A DNA stretch of 63,623 nt, counting the filler, from Octopus bimaculoides (taxonomy: Eukaryota), in assembly GCF_001194135.2 (NCBI RefSeq). It is 5 parts of 5 records of this genome, joined end to end, with 100 filler letters (N's around TTAATTAATTAA, not from the genome) between each part and the next. Parts side by side here need not be neighbours in the genome. Positions count along the whole stretch, not along the records: positions 31,127 to 44,202 come from NC_068981.1; positions 44,303 to 55,879 come from NC_069002.1; 3 more parts are not named here. The stretch is one strand, 5' to 3'. Shown here piece after piece: positions 36,859 through 47,910 of this stretch. Positions within the stretch are counted from its first letter, which is position 1, and the number at the start of each line of letters is the position of its first letter. The notes under the pieces are model-generated. The model saw only the letters and a list, made by a program, of their open reading frames with translations, had not been told where the DNA came from and did no database searches. The position numbers and the translations under genes are program-made.

Positions 36859-37159
36859 TTGTGTGAGTGTTTGTGTGTGTGTGTTTGTGATAAACCTTCA
36901 TGTTTTGTGTTTGTTATTTTTTTTTTTGGAGTGTCATAGGAATAAAATTTGGGAGTTAAGTTGTTAGAATATCATAGTTCATACTTCAAATACCTCTTTT
37001 TCAGTTCTTTTCATCATTCAACTTTTCTTCATCATCTTCTTCACTTTCTGCGTCTTCCTGTTCGTCTTCTTCATCTTCTTCTTCTTCTTATTGTTTTGTG
37101 GATAGTTGTTATAATAGTTGTAGTTTATTTTTATTTGAGTTTATTTGAAATGTTCTGTG

Positions 37160-38399
37160 TTATTTTTTTCCTAAACCAGCTCTCAAGGTCACTGGAACGA
37201 CAACCAGTGAAATTGAAATAATAACGACATAGAAAATAAAGAAAAGGCGATCAAATATCAAGGCAACTGCTTTCCATTCTCTTGCCAACTTTTCTTTGCG
37301 GTCGGATTCGGCGAGTCGGTACATACTTTCAGTCACAAACTTTCTAATTGCTTTCACGTCTCTCTCAATTTGAATAAGTTCCTTACGTTTCATCAGACTC
37401 TCACAGCTTCCAGAGCCACCGCTAGCAACACAAGCACCAGCACCACCACTAATACTACTACTACCAATACTACTACCATACGACGAACTACTNNNNNNNN
37501 NNNNNNNNNNNNNNNNNNNNNNNNNNNNNNNNNNNNNNNNNNNNNNNNNNNNNNNNNNNNNNNNNNNNNNNNNNNNNNNNNNNNNNNNNNNNNNNNNNNN
37601 NNNNNNNNNNNNNNNNNNNNNNNNNNNNNNNNNNNNNNNNNNNNNNNNNNNNNNNNNNNNNNNNNNNNNNNNNNNNNNNNNNNNNNNNNNNNNNNNNNNN
37701 NNNNNNNNNNNNNNNNNNNNCACCACCACCACCACCACCGGCATGTCCACCAACAGCATGCCCACCACCACTACCACCAACGACATGTCCACTACCACCA
37801 CCACTATGACAACCACCATGACCACCACCGTGACCACCACCATGACCACCACCACCGCCATGGTGGTGGTGGTCATGGCGTTCAGGATGCGCATGGCCGT
37901 GACCGTGACTTCCTCCACCATGACTATGACCTCCACCGCCATGACTATAACTATGGCCATGACCTCCCGCATGAGCATGACTTGCGGCATGAGCATGGCT
38001 ACCATGTGCATGACCTCCATGCGCATGACCGCCACTAGCACATCCGGTACCCTGGTAAACACCGCCACTGCTATGACTTCTGCCACCACTACCACTACCA
38101 CCTGTGTGGTAAATCCCAGGACCGTGTCCACCACGATGATGCAGTGCGCGACCGCAGCTACCCGGCATGTGTGAGTGGCCACCTGGACCTCCACTAATGA
38201 TACTTTTGCTGGCTTCGTGAGCTTCTCTCCAGCCGTCTGCCAGCCAGTTTGTTTCGGAATCTACTCCGACAAAATGATTTCCATTAGCCGTTGTTCGAGA
38301 TGGATTTTCTGAAGAAGTTTTCGTCTGTGTGTCTGATTCAGTTACATTTCCCACGAGCCTGTTCATAAAGAAGATTCGAGCGAAAATTTCGAATGCAAG
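37160..38399 (-). CDS. Last coding exon of a nicotinic acetylcholine receptor-like (Cys-loop, cation-type) subunit: MX helix, His/Gly-rich M3-M4 loop, MA helix, M4, stop
   Basis: Polypyrimidine tract and AG (tttcttttttttctttctttcccgcag) end at 38400. The exon opens LAFEIFARIFFMNR, resembling the post-M3 MX helix. After the gap it reads ELIQIERDVKAIRKF...DRKEKLAREWKAVALIFDRLFFIFYVVIISISLVVVP..GKK*, matching the nAChR EW..VA..xDRLF/M4 signature. The frames on either side of the 37493-37720 gap differ by a non-multiple of 3, which I attribute to the gap-size estimate. Confidence 0.85.
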
Positions 38400-39699
38400 C
38401 TGCGGGAAAGAAAGAAAAAAAAGAAATGTTAATGTCAATAATGAATAGTGTTCCACTTGTTTCTCTCTCTCTCTCTCAATCTCTCTCTCTNNNNNNNNNN
38501 NNNNNNNNNNNNNNNNNNNNNNNNNNNNNNNNNNNNNNNNNNNNNNNNNNNNNNNNNNNNNNNNNNNNNNNNNNNNNNNNNNNNNNNNNNNNNNNNNNNN
38601 NNNNNNNNNNNNNNNNNNNNNNNNNNNNNNNNNNNNNNNNNNNNNNNNNNNNNNNNNNNNNNNNNNNNNNNNNNNNNNNNNNNNNNNNNNNNNNNNNNNN
38701 NNNNNNNNNNNNNNNNNNNNNNNNNNNNNNNNNNNNNNNNNNNNNNNNNNNNNNNNNNNNNNNNNNNNNNNNNNNNNNNNNNNNNNNNNNNNNNNNNNNN
38801 NNNNNNNNNNNNNNNNNNNNNNNNNNNNNNNNNNNNNNNNNNNNNNNNNNNNNNNNNNNNNNNNNNNNNNNNNNNNNNNNNNNNNNNNNNNNNNNNNNNN
38901 NNNNNNNNNNNNNNNNNNNNNNNNNNNNNNNNNNNNNNNNNNNNNNNNNNNNNNNNNNNNNNNNNNNNNNNNNNNNNNNNNNNNNNNNNNNNNNNNNNNN
39001 NNNNNNNNNNNNNNNNNNNNNNNNNNNNNNNNNNNNNNNNNNNNNNNNNNNNNNNNNNNNNNNNNNNNNNNNNNNNNNNNNNNNNNNNNNNNNNNNNNNN
39101 NNNNNNNNNNNNNNNNNNNNNNNNNNNNNNNNNNNNNNNNNNNNNNNNNNNNNNNNNNNNNNNNNNNNNNNNNNNNNNNNNNNNNNNNNNNNNNNNNNNN
39201 NNNNNNNNNNNNNNNNNNNNNNNNNNNNNNNNNNNNNNNNNNNNNNNNNNNNNNNNNNNNNNNNNNNNNNNNNNNNNNNNNNNNNNNNNNNNNNNNNNNN
39301 NNNNNNNNNNNNNNNNNNNNNNNNNNNNNNNNNNNNNNNNNNNNNNNNNNNNNNNNNNNNNNNNNNNNNNNNNNNNNNNNNNNNNNNNNNNNNNNNNNNN
39401 NNNNNNNNNNNNNNNNNNNNNNNNNNNNNNNNNNNNNNNNNNNNNNNNNNNNNNNNNNNNNNNNNNNNNNNNNNATATGTTGTTGTACTTGGGGATGGTC
39501 ATATTGCCAGTTTAGCCAATAAAAAAAACACACGCACTGTATATTTGGTGTTAATTTGCTTCAGCTTTATATTACATTACATTACAATAATCCTATTTCA
39601 CTTCTGTGACCTCATCAGTGGTCCTTTGCTTTCTTCTTTCTTATGTGTGTCCCACCTTGCTAACTATCAGCCATTTTGTATTTTGTATTTTGGAGGAAA

Positions 39700-40220
39700 C
39701 AACATCTTTCGCCACAGCCATCAGACAAAGGAAATCTGCTTTGCTTGCCCGACCGAAGGAGGTCCGCGGTGCGATCACCACTAGAGACTTAGCCGACAGA
39801 CAGATCCGTCCCACACGTGACAGCAGCTGCTTGACATAACCCCACAGGTCGGCAATGCCCGGACACTGAACAAGGGTGTGCAGAACGGTTTCGTCACTGC
39901 GCGCACATCGGACAAGCCAGTCTGACAGCACATCCGTTCGTGTAGTGTTTATCTCAAACCAGTAGTGTTTCCCCCCATTGGTAGCCCTTCTAGGTCAAGG
40001 ACAACTGGAAATTATCCATGATAGTTCCCGACCGGAAAGTTCTTCCTTAACAGACTAGTCAGTTCGTTCGCGTCGCCGCCCAGAGTCTCCCCGAGAGTGT
40101 CGTTGTACTTTCCTTTCACTAATCCTCTATAAATTTCTAAAGCGGAACCGATCCCATTGCCCGACTGGTAGACGGCTGTGAGCACCCAACAACATTCTAG
40201 GTGCCAAGCGCCCAGTCTGG
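39700..40220 (-). mobile_element. L1/Tx1-type LINE ORF2 C-terminal fragment
   Basis: VRCARSDETVLHTLVQCPGIADLW (zf-RVT-like CCHC) preceded by IYRGLV..KYNDTLGE. Confidence 0.7.
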
Positions 40221-40241
40221 GTCTTTTCTTCAATAATGAAC

Positions 40242-40302
<61 letters not shown>

Positions 40303-40306
<4 letters not shown>

Positions 40307-40765
40307 CCTTTCTGCTAAAAGCACAAGGCCTGAAATTTGGGGGCAGGGAACTAGTCGATTATATTGACCCCACTGTTTCCCTGGCGCTTAATTTACGAGT
40401 GGATGAAAGGCAAAGTCAACCTCGGCGGAGTTTGAACGCAGAACGTAGCTACGGGCGAAATGCCGCTAAGCATTTCGTCCAGCATGCGAGCGATTCTGCC
40501 AGCTCACCGCCTTAATAATAATAGTAATAATAATTATTATTATTATCTTTGTTATTATTTCAAATTTTTGCCACAAGGGCAGCTTGGAGGAAGTGGAGAT
40601 AAGTCGATTACATCATCCTCAGTGTTCAACTGGTACTTAATTTAACTACCCCGAAACGATGAAAGGCAAAGTCGACCTCGGCGGAATTTGAACTCAGAAC
40701 GTAGCGACGGGCGAAATACCGCTAAGCATTTCGTCCAGCGTGCTAACAATTCTGCCACCTTGACG
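40303..40765 (-). mobile_element. Two tandem copies of a SINE family with a Nin/Deu-like central domain and (ATT)n tail
   Basis: Minus strand gagttcaaattccgccgaggtcgactttgcctttcatc...ggtc/gtagttaaattaagtacc. Other copies at 58483-58818, 60345-60558 and 61073-61285. The Nin/Deu assignment is from memory of that domain. Confidence 0.75.
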
Positions 40766-41085
40766 CCTCCTCCTCCTCAACAACAACAACAACAACAACA
40801 GCCTAGCGCAGCTACATAGTTTCCAGTTTTATCATTTATGGTCATGATCAATTTCTGTTGTGATTTAATTGGACATTAATTTTTAGCTTGAAATATTCAC
40901 TCTCACACTTCAATTATTATATTTGCGGGAAACATTGTTTTTTTTTCTCTGTGTCTTTCCCAGCTTCCATCTTTGTCTTCAATTCTTCTTTCCTTCTATC
41001 CTTTCATAATTTCTTTCTACTCTCTTCATTTCCACCATTCTCCTCCTCCCTTCTTCTCTCCTCCTCACGTCCATCCTCCCTCCCT

Positions 41086-41154
<69 letters not shown>

Positions 41155-41755
41155 TTTCTCTGTCTCTTCCTCTTTCATTATATCTCCTTTCTATCTCTTC
41201 CTCTCTCACACGGATGCACATAATTACATATTCACATGCACGCATACAAACATGCACGCATGCACACTCACATACGGACACAGACACATATGGACATGCA
41301 ATGACACATTCACAAATGCTACCTCACACACACCCACGCAAATACATACACGCCAAGACACATACAATTTACTATATATGCACACAAGAGTACGCACTTA
41401 CATACGTATACTCGCATATACGCACTAACACACGCACTAACACACGCACACACACACACACACATGTATACACGCAATCTGACTCAATTTAATCTCCGTT
41501 CAGACCTGCTCAACTATCAGTAATCACACTCGATGACCGAGACACTTTGAAGTTATGGGAGCAAAAGCCGACACATCATGACCTGGTTTTGTGAACTGGA
41601 AAGAAGTACAGAAAAGAAGACTTAAGTTACCGAGTAAGGCGGTCTTTATATTATTCTCGTGAATGACACTTCCCATATTGTGAACTGTTTTAATCAATAT
41701 ATGAGCATATGAAATAATCCAACTGGTTAGTTCGTTCGAAATATGAACACTTAAC

Positions 41756-41992
41756 TCGTAGCTAATCTGCCTCTGAGCATGCATCCCACGCATTGCAGAA
41801 GAAATTCATTCTTGAAAAATAAAAAAGCATTGCCGTAAAGTGAGGTTCTGTAACGCGAAACTTATGTACCAATCGTAGCTAATCTGCCTCTAAGCATGCA
41901 TCCCACGCATTGCAGAAGAAATTCATTCTTGAAAAATAAAAAAGCATTGCCGTAAAGTGAGGTTTTGTAACGCAAAACTTATGTACCAATCG
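41756..41992. repeat. Tandem duplication, 2 x 117 bp
   Basis: 41756-41872 and 41873-41989 differ at about 3 positions. Confidence 0.95.
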
Positions 41993-42895
41993 ACTTCTAT
42001 GCTACGTAACGTGGATGACATTCTTGATATATAATATGGAAGTGAAAGAAAAATGGGTTTCGCGCTACAGAACATCGTTACAAGGTTTTCAAGAGCGCTT
42101 TGTTTCTGTAACGTGCATGGTGCCTGTAACTTGTTGCATACTTCATCTAAACAAAGTTATCAGTTTCTATTCCTCATGTCCTTCATAACATGTTGCATGA
42201 CCTGTCCCCAGGCTCATTGGACTAATCACTTTCACAAAAATCTGTCTTTTCTGCTCAGCTTTTTGGAGTTCTCCCCTAAGCTGATGTATTTCATAAAAAT
42301 ATCAACGAAGTATAAATGTTCACGTTGGATATATCACTAATCTTCAATGGCCTGCAAAACTTACGGGTATTGCCTCTGTGTACTGATTTAACAATAAAAA
42401 ATGTTCATGTGTTTAAACATGCATAATTTATCGACAGACGAAAGTTAGAAGCCCCAGTCGGCTTAATTTTCGCTGTAAATACCATCAATAGATGTTTAGC
42501 TGTTATTCTTAAATACGCTTTTTACAACATTAATTTAGCATTTGTAGTTTTCTATATAAGAATATTGCTAGTCGGTTTGGATGTAATGAAACGAAGGCGA
42601 GATAATGTATTTATTTGAAAAAAAAAATAAACAAAGAGCGGTACAGTATGTTACTGGGTTCTTTTTCTATGACGTTCAGTGGAGTTTGAACACGGTGGTC
42701 TTTGTCACCAAATCCGATGTCTTAATTAATAATTTTGTTAACATATTTCTGTTGAAATACACTGCATTTATTTCAGTTAATTTCAAAAACAACGAGGAAC
42801 TAAACTGGTGCTAAGAGTATAAATTAATATGAAACTTTGAGCGGAGATTTTAATTTAGATCAGTTTAAATAAGAAGTTTATATCGTAGAACAGCA

Positions 42896-43277
42896 GAGGC
42901 GCAATGGCCCAGTGGTTAGGGCAGCGGACTCGCGGTCACAGGATCGTGGTTTTGATTCCCAGACCGGGCGTTGTGAGTGTTTATTGAGCGAAAACACCTA
43001 AAGCTCCACGAGGCTCCGGCAGGGGATGGTGGCGAACCCTGCTGTACTCTTTCACCACAACTTTCTCTTACTTCCTGTTTCTGTTGTGCCTGTAATTCAA
43101 AGGGTTAACCTTGTCACACTCTATGTCACGCTGAATATCCCCGAGAACTACGTTAAGGGTACACGTGTCTGTGGAGTGCTCAAACACTTGCACGTTAATT
43201 TCACGAGCAGGCTGTTCCGTTGATCGGATCAACTGGAATCCTCGACGTCGTAAGCGACGATGTGCCAACAACAAACA
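42896..43277 (+). mobile_element. tRNA-derived SINE, same family as 28947-29325
   Basis: ggcgcaatggcccagtggttagggcagcggac...gattcccagaccgggcg head, colinear body. Confidence 0.85.
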
Positions 43278-44302
43278 ATATTTCACTTAATCTTGAAAAT
43301 AATGAGGAACTAAACTGGTGCTAAGAGCATAAATTAATATGAAACTTTGAGCGGAAATTTTAATTTAGATCATTTTACTAAGGGATCACTTAAACGGAAT
43401 TTAAACTCTCTACCTTAGACAGACAGACTATATTATCGATAACCAGATATATTGAGTTGTAAATTTTAAACAAGACCAACAAATTCAAGAACAAAATAAG
43501 ATAACTACGACTCTGATGGATTTGAACTCAGAATTAGAGAGACGTAACATCAAAACACTCTGAGATATAAACTACTGCGTTTCCATTACCCTGCGACTTC
43601 AAAGAATTCGAATCGGTACACAAAATAACGAAATACTTGATAACTAGCAGAAACCGTGAAAATTCCACAGGTTCTTAAAAAGTTATTTGATAGTTGGAAG
43701 TTTAATAAGAATTACGAAATACAGTTTGAAAAAAATTTATATCTTTTCTGAAATATTTGTTTCTTGAGATGGTGTAAATTCAACATAGTACTGAAAGTAA
43801 AATCTTCGGGGAAAACATCTGTTATAGACATATGACACCTTTCCTACGCTGAAAATTGTTGTTTATTATATTTATCCTTATGTCATCAAATAAACAATCT
43901 TATCTGTGGACAGAAATCTTAGACGTGATCTATCTATGATATTTAGCTAAAGTATGACTACTTATTTTCGTATCAGAGACAAGTGTATATATCTGGAATC
44001 CACAATCCTAGTGACTGAAGTACAGTAGTTGCCTTACTGAGGTGTGAATTTCTAAACACAAGTGTAACACACGTGTAACACACGCACATACACACACACC
44101 TGCACGCACACATATACACCCACACATTACACACATTCTTTTAGAAATTCACACTTTAGTGAGGCAGCTGCTCTACTTCATATACAAATATATATATATA
44201 TANNNNNNNNNNNNNNNNNNNNNNNNNNNNNNNNNNNNNNNNNNNNTTAATTAATTAANNNNNNNNNNNNNNNNNNNNNNNNNNNNNNNNNNNNNNNNNN
44301 NN

Positions 44303-44640
44303 GGAAAAACTTTCAAAACCCAAAAAACCTGGAAATAGAGGTAACTCGAATGTGGAATCTAAAAACAGAAACAATTCCTATCATAGTAGGTGCATTAGGT
44401 ATAATAAAAACATATTCAGACAAATACATAACAAAAACACCAGGACTTACAAATATATATAACATACAGAAAATTGAACTACTGGGCACTGCACACATCC
44501 TACGCAAAACACTTTCAATACAGTAACCATAAGAGCACCACAGCAAACCACAGCACATACCCAAGGCACACAGAGCTGCGCTGGGTAATGAAGTGAAAGC
44601 ACGTTATAAAAATAAAACTACTGAACAATAATAATAATAA
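44303..44640 (+). mobile_element. R4/Dong/Rex6-like RLE retrotransposon 3' end with (AAT)n
   Basis: NLEIEVTRMWNLKTETIPIIVGALGII...IQKI.LLGTAHILRKTLSIQ*, followed by a short UTR and aataataat. Confidence 0.75.
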
Positions 44641-44690
44641 CATCGGAAAGAAACCTTAGGGATAAGAACCCAGGTTCACTATTTCCCCAA

Positions 44691-44736
44691 GACACCTGAT
44701 GAAGCCTGGAGGGTATATCAGCTGAAACGTTGTGCT
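44691..44736 (+). ncRNA. Minimal hammerhead ribozyme with extra A and ACGU palindrome, stem II partly mutated
   Basis: gacac-CTGATGA-a-gcctg-gagggtatat-cagct-GAAA-CGTT-gtgct. Stem I cac/gtg. Stem III is possible only as an intermolecular ACGU duplex. Confidence 0.55.
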
Positions 44737-44799
44737 AACAACAAACATGAGGACAGATATCGGTCAAATGTAAATCATGTACATAATTCCTCATCTCTT

Positions 44800-46097
44800 A
44801 AATAAAGAACTGAACTGCAATGTAGTTCAAATTAGGATTTTCTGATTTCAACGCACGTATTGGGACGCTCGAACCCCTTCGTGAAGTCTTCGAAAGTGCA
44901 AGTGTCCAAACCCTTGTCAGAACATCCTTTATCTTTTCAGACTCTTTAAAAGCACTGTCTTTGAGATTTTCCTTTAGTGTGGAGAACAACAGAAAGTCGC
45001 TGGGAGAAAGGTCTGGACTGTAGGAAATGTGAGGGTCATTTTGTGGCCCGTCTCTATTAAGTGTTTGGGTAGGAGCAAGGAATTGTATACTCGTGCATTG
45101 TTTTGGTGCCTGTGCTATCAATCTAGGAAGATCACAATATCTTTTCAAAAAATCATTTCCTCAGCTCTCTCACAACATATGGAATTGTAACTTCCGTTGG
45201 CCGCCTGGCCAGAGGGATCCAGTGTAAGTGGATGAGTCTGTGTTATCGAAAAGGGAATCATTATGAGCTCCCAGTGCATTCATTTGTCTGGCTGTCTTGG
45301 GTTTCGCAGAGCCAGGATTCTTCCATTAGGCACTGTCTTTTGGTCTCTGGATCATAGCAGTAGATCGACCTTTCGTCACTGGACATCAGAAACTCAATTA
45401 CCATCGGATCAGAGCTAATGAACTCAATCATCTTCCTGTTGTCTTTACTTCTGTTCGTCATTATACACTCTGTGAACTAACTTTGCCCTAACTTTTCGCC
45501 CGTTCAGATATTTACGAATAATTCTGTGAAGGTACAGTTGCCACACAAACTGAACACTATATGTTTCAATGGTTCTATAAACAGACAGCGGCTTTAATCC
45601 AGAAAATTGTGCACTTGCTCTGATGCTCTGACAACCCCTCACTCCCATGCATCTTATAGTTTCTTACCTCTTTTCTACTGTCCTCCTTCAAAATACTTGT
45701 GCCAGCAAAAACAGCTCATTGACACGTACAAGTGAATCCTTAACGCAAAAGTTTATTGCATAGCAAACTCCAAATTCCATTTAGGTCGGCCATTTTGGAA
45801 ACGTCGGAACCACTCGTACACTTGTGTGCGGCTCACTCTCCAAAACTTTCTTCAAATTTGCCTAGGTTTCTGAGTAGTGATCGCCATGACAACTTTCTCT
45901 GTCATTGTCAATACAACGATTACACGTTACACACCTTCATTCCAAGTGATGTTGTAAAGAGCGGAAGTGAGCGGGAACGTTCAAACTTAGTGCTCATATA
46001 CAGCAGAGTCCAAGGTTAATCCGCGCCAGGTGGCTTCACTCTGCGTGCCCCATCTTCATTACTATGGCAACCGTCCTGATACTTATGGATTAGACCT

Positions 46098-46103
<6 letters not shown>
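44800..46103 (-). mobile_element. Mariner transposon, decayed; 5' TIR at ~46065-46103
   Basis: Minus-strand remnants VYEWFRRFQNGR, ERSIYCYDPETKRQ and SYSPDLSPSDFLLFSTLK. End reads tataagaggtctaatccataagtatcaggacggttgccatag. Confidence 0.85.
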
Positions 46104-46145
<42 letters not shown>

Positions 46146-46159
46146 TATATATATATACA

Positions 46160-46265
46160 TATAAGAGGTATAATCCATAAGTATCAGGACTGTTGCCATA
46201 GTAATGAAGATGGAGCACGCAGAGTGAAGCCGCCTGGCACGGATTGACCTTGGACTCTGCTGTAT
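46160..46265 (+). mobile_element. 5' ~105 bp of a second copy of the same mariner, head-to-head, truncated by Penelope
   Basis: Inverted match to 45995-46103 with about 6 mismatches. Confidence 0.85.
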
Positions 46266-47910
46266 GACAAAGATAAACATAACACATGTAATGGAAATAC
46301 AACACGTCCGAATACCAAACCACATAACACCAAAAATACCAACAACAATATAAACACAAATACCAATAATATTAAAAGGACGATTAAGGCTAACAACGAG
46401 ACGAAACAGAAATGCAATAACCACCTGAACAGAACCAACATTAAGCAATACAACGATAAGTTTAGCTTAAATTACAGGGAAACCCAGAAGACTAAAAGGA
46501 ACCATATATCGGGCCCACTAAAACCTAACAATACTAGCAGGGAAAATAATGAAAAGACACATATTAAAAATAAACCCAAATATACAAATAAATTAGACAG
46601 CCGGAGAGAAAAATTCACCAGCCTCCCCAGTTATGATGGCAGGTTCTATACCAGATATGGCCGTAATAGCAGCAAAAACAATAACGATACGACCTGGCTA
46701 ATCATTCCCGATAACATGGGCATCAAAACCAACATAGTCCGCTCACTAGTGAACTTAATAGATAAACACCTCAATGTGAACAATAAATACGCAGAAATAT
46801 TTAAGAACAAAATAAGAATAGGCCACAGCCTAACATGTAACTTAGCTACCATAATAGCATCTATTAATAATAAGAAATTAGACGCATTCTATACAGCTAG
46901 AAACACCACGAACAAACAAATCAACAACCCTCTAAACAATAGGAATAAATCCAACCCTAGGCCAACACCCCTTACTAGGAGGGATGCACACCGAAAAAAC
47001 AATAGCGCCACACAACAACACACATACATAGACACCTCTTATAACCTATGTGGCTGTAGAGATAGGAACAAATGCAATTTCTCCAATAGGTGCAAGACAG
47101 ATAATATAGTTTACCAATGTGATGTACAAACAAATAGCCACACTAAATCTTACATTGGGGGAACGAGTAACCAAATACGTTTAAGATATAATGAGCACCT
47201 AGCGAGTTTTAAAAACAGAAATAAGGCAAATTCTACAAGGCTTAGTAGGTATATCTGGGAACTAAACGACAATAAGATAGAATATAGACTAAAGTGGCAC
47301 ATACTAAAAGTAGCTAATTCCTATAACCCAACTAAAAGACGGTGCAATCTCTGTGTAACAGATCGTATCGAAATCCTAACAGCTAAGAACGAATTATTAA
47401 ACAGGAGATATGAATCTAGTCTAATCTGTCTTCACGCTACTAAATATTCATTCTCTAAGTATAATTAAGTATATAATACATTACACCTCCTAAGCAAAAC
47501 TAAATATGCATAAAATAGCTTTACTTCTAAGTAGATATGAATAAGACAAAAGTTAGCCCCATTTTCACCTAAATCTTAGGGTTGCTTCCCTGTACTAACA
47601 CCGCCGGTGCTATAAAAACACAGCGCATCCAGCAATCACAAACATCACGTGGAGATGCGCTTGACTAAACCTGCAACAATGTTCTTAAATAGCACCCACC
47701 CTATATCCCCTTACAAGAAGACCAACGCAACAACTAAAACGTAGGGCTCTATTTACCTATCACCACTATCACACCACCACATATATTACACCCAATAATT
47801 ACTTCTCCTCCATTTCGCACACCACAAACTTCGAATATACCCTTCAACACTCTGAAGAGATCGGCCAAACTACTGGCTGGATCGAAACGTACGTAAGTGA
47901 CTAAGATATA
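46263..47910 (+). mobile_element. Penelope-like element, family A, 5'-truncated; stop-free frame 46263-47468 (Asn-rich linker plus GIY-YIG)
   Basis: I read the frame upstream of ORF 46716 without stops back to ~46263. It contains CGCRDRNKC..SNRCKTDNIVYQC..SYIGGTSNQIRLRYNEHLASF and CNLC...LLNRRYE. Hammerhead at the 3' end. Confidence 0.92.
47848..47899 (+). ncRNA. Minimal type I hammerhead ribozyme with complete core
   Basis: cact-CTGAAGA-gatcggcca-aactac-tggctggatc-GAAAC-gtac-GTA-agtg. Stem I 4 bp, stem II ~9 bp with one bulge, palindromic stem III acgtacgt. Predicted cleavage after A47895. Confidence 0.85.

Noticed and set aside
37370-38194. Plus-strand His-rich and Thr/Met-rich ORFs and the minus-strand Val/Met-rich frame
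   Set aside because: These are shadows of the CAT/GGT-rich codon repeats. Only the His/Gly frame connects to a good splice acceptor and receptor-like sequence.
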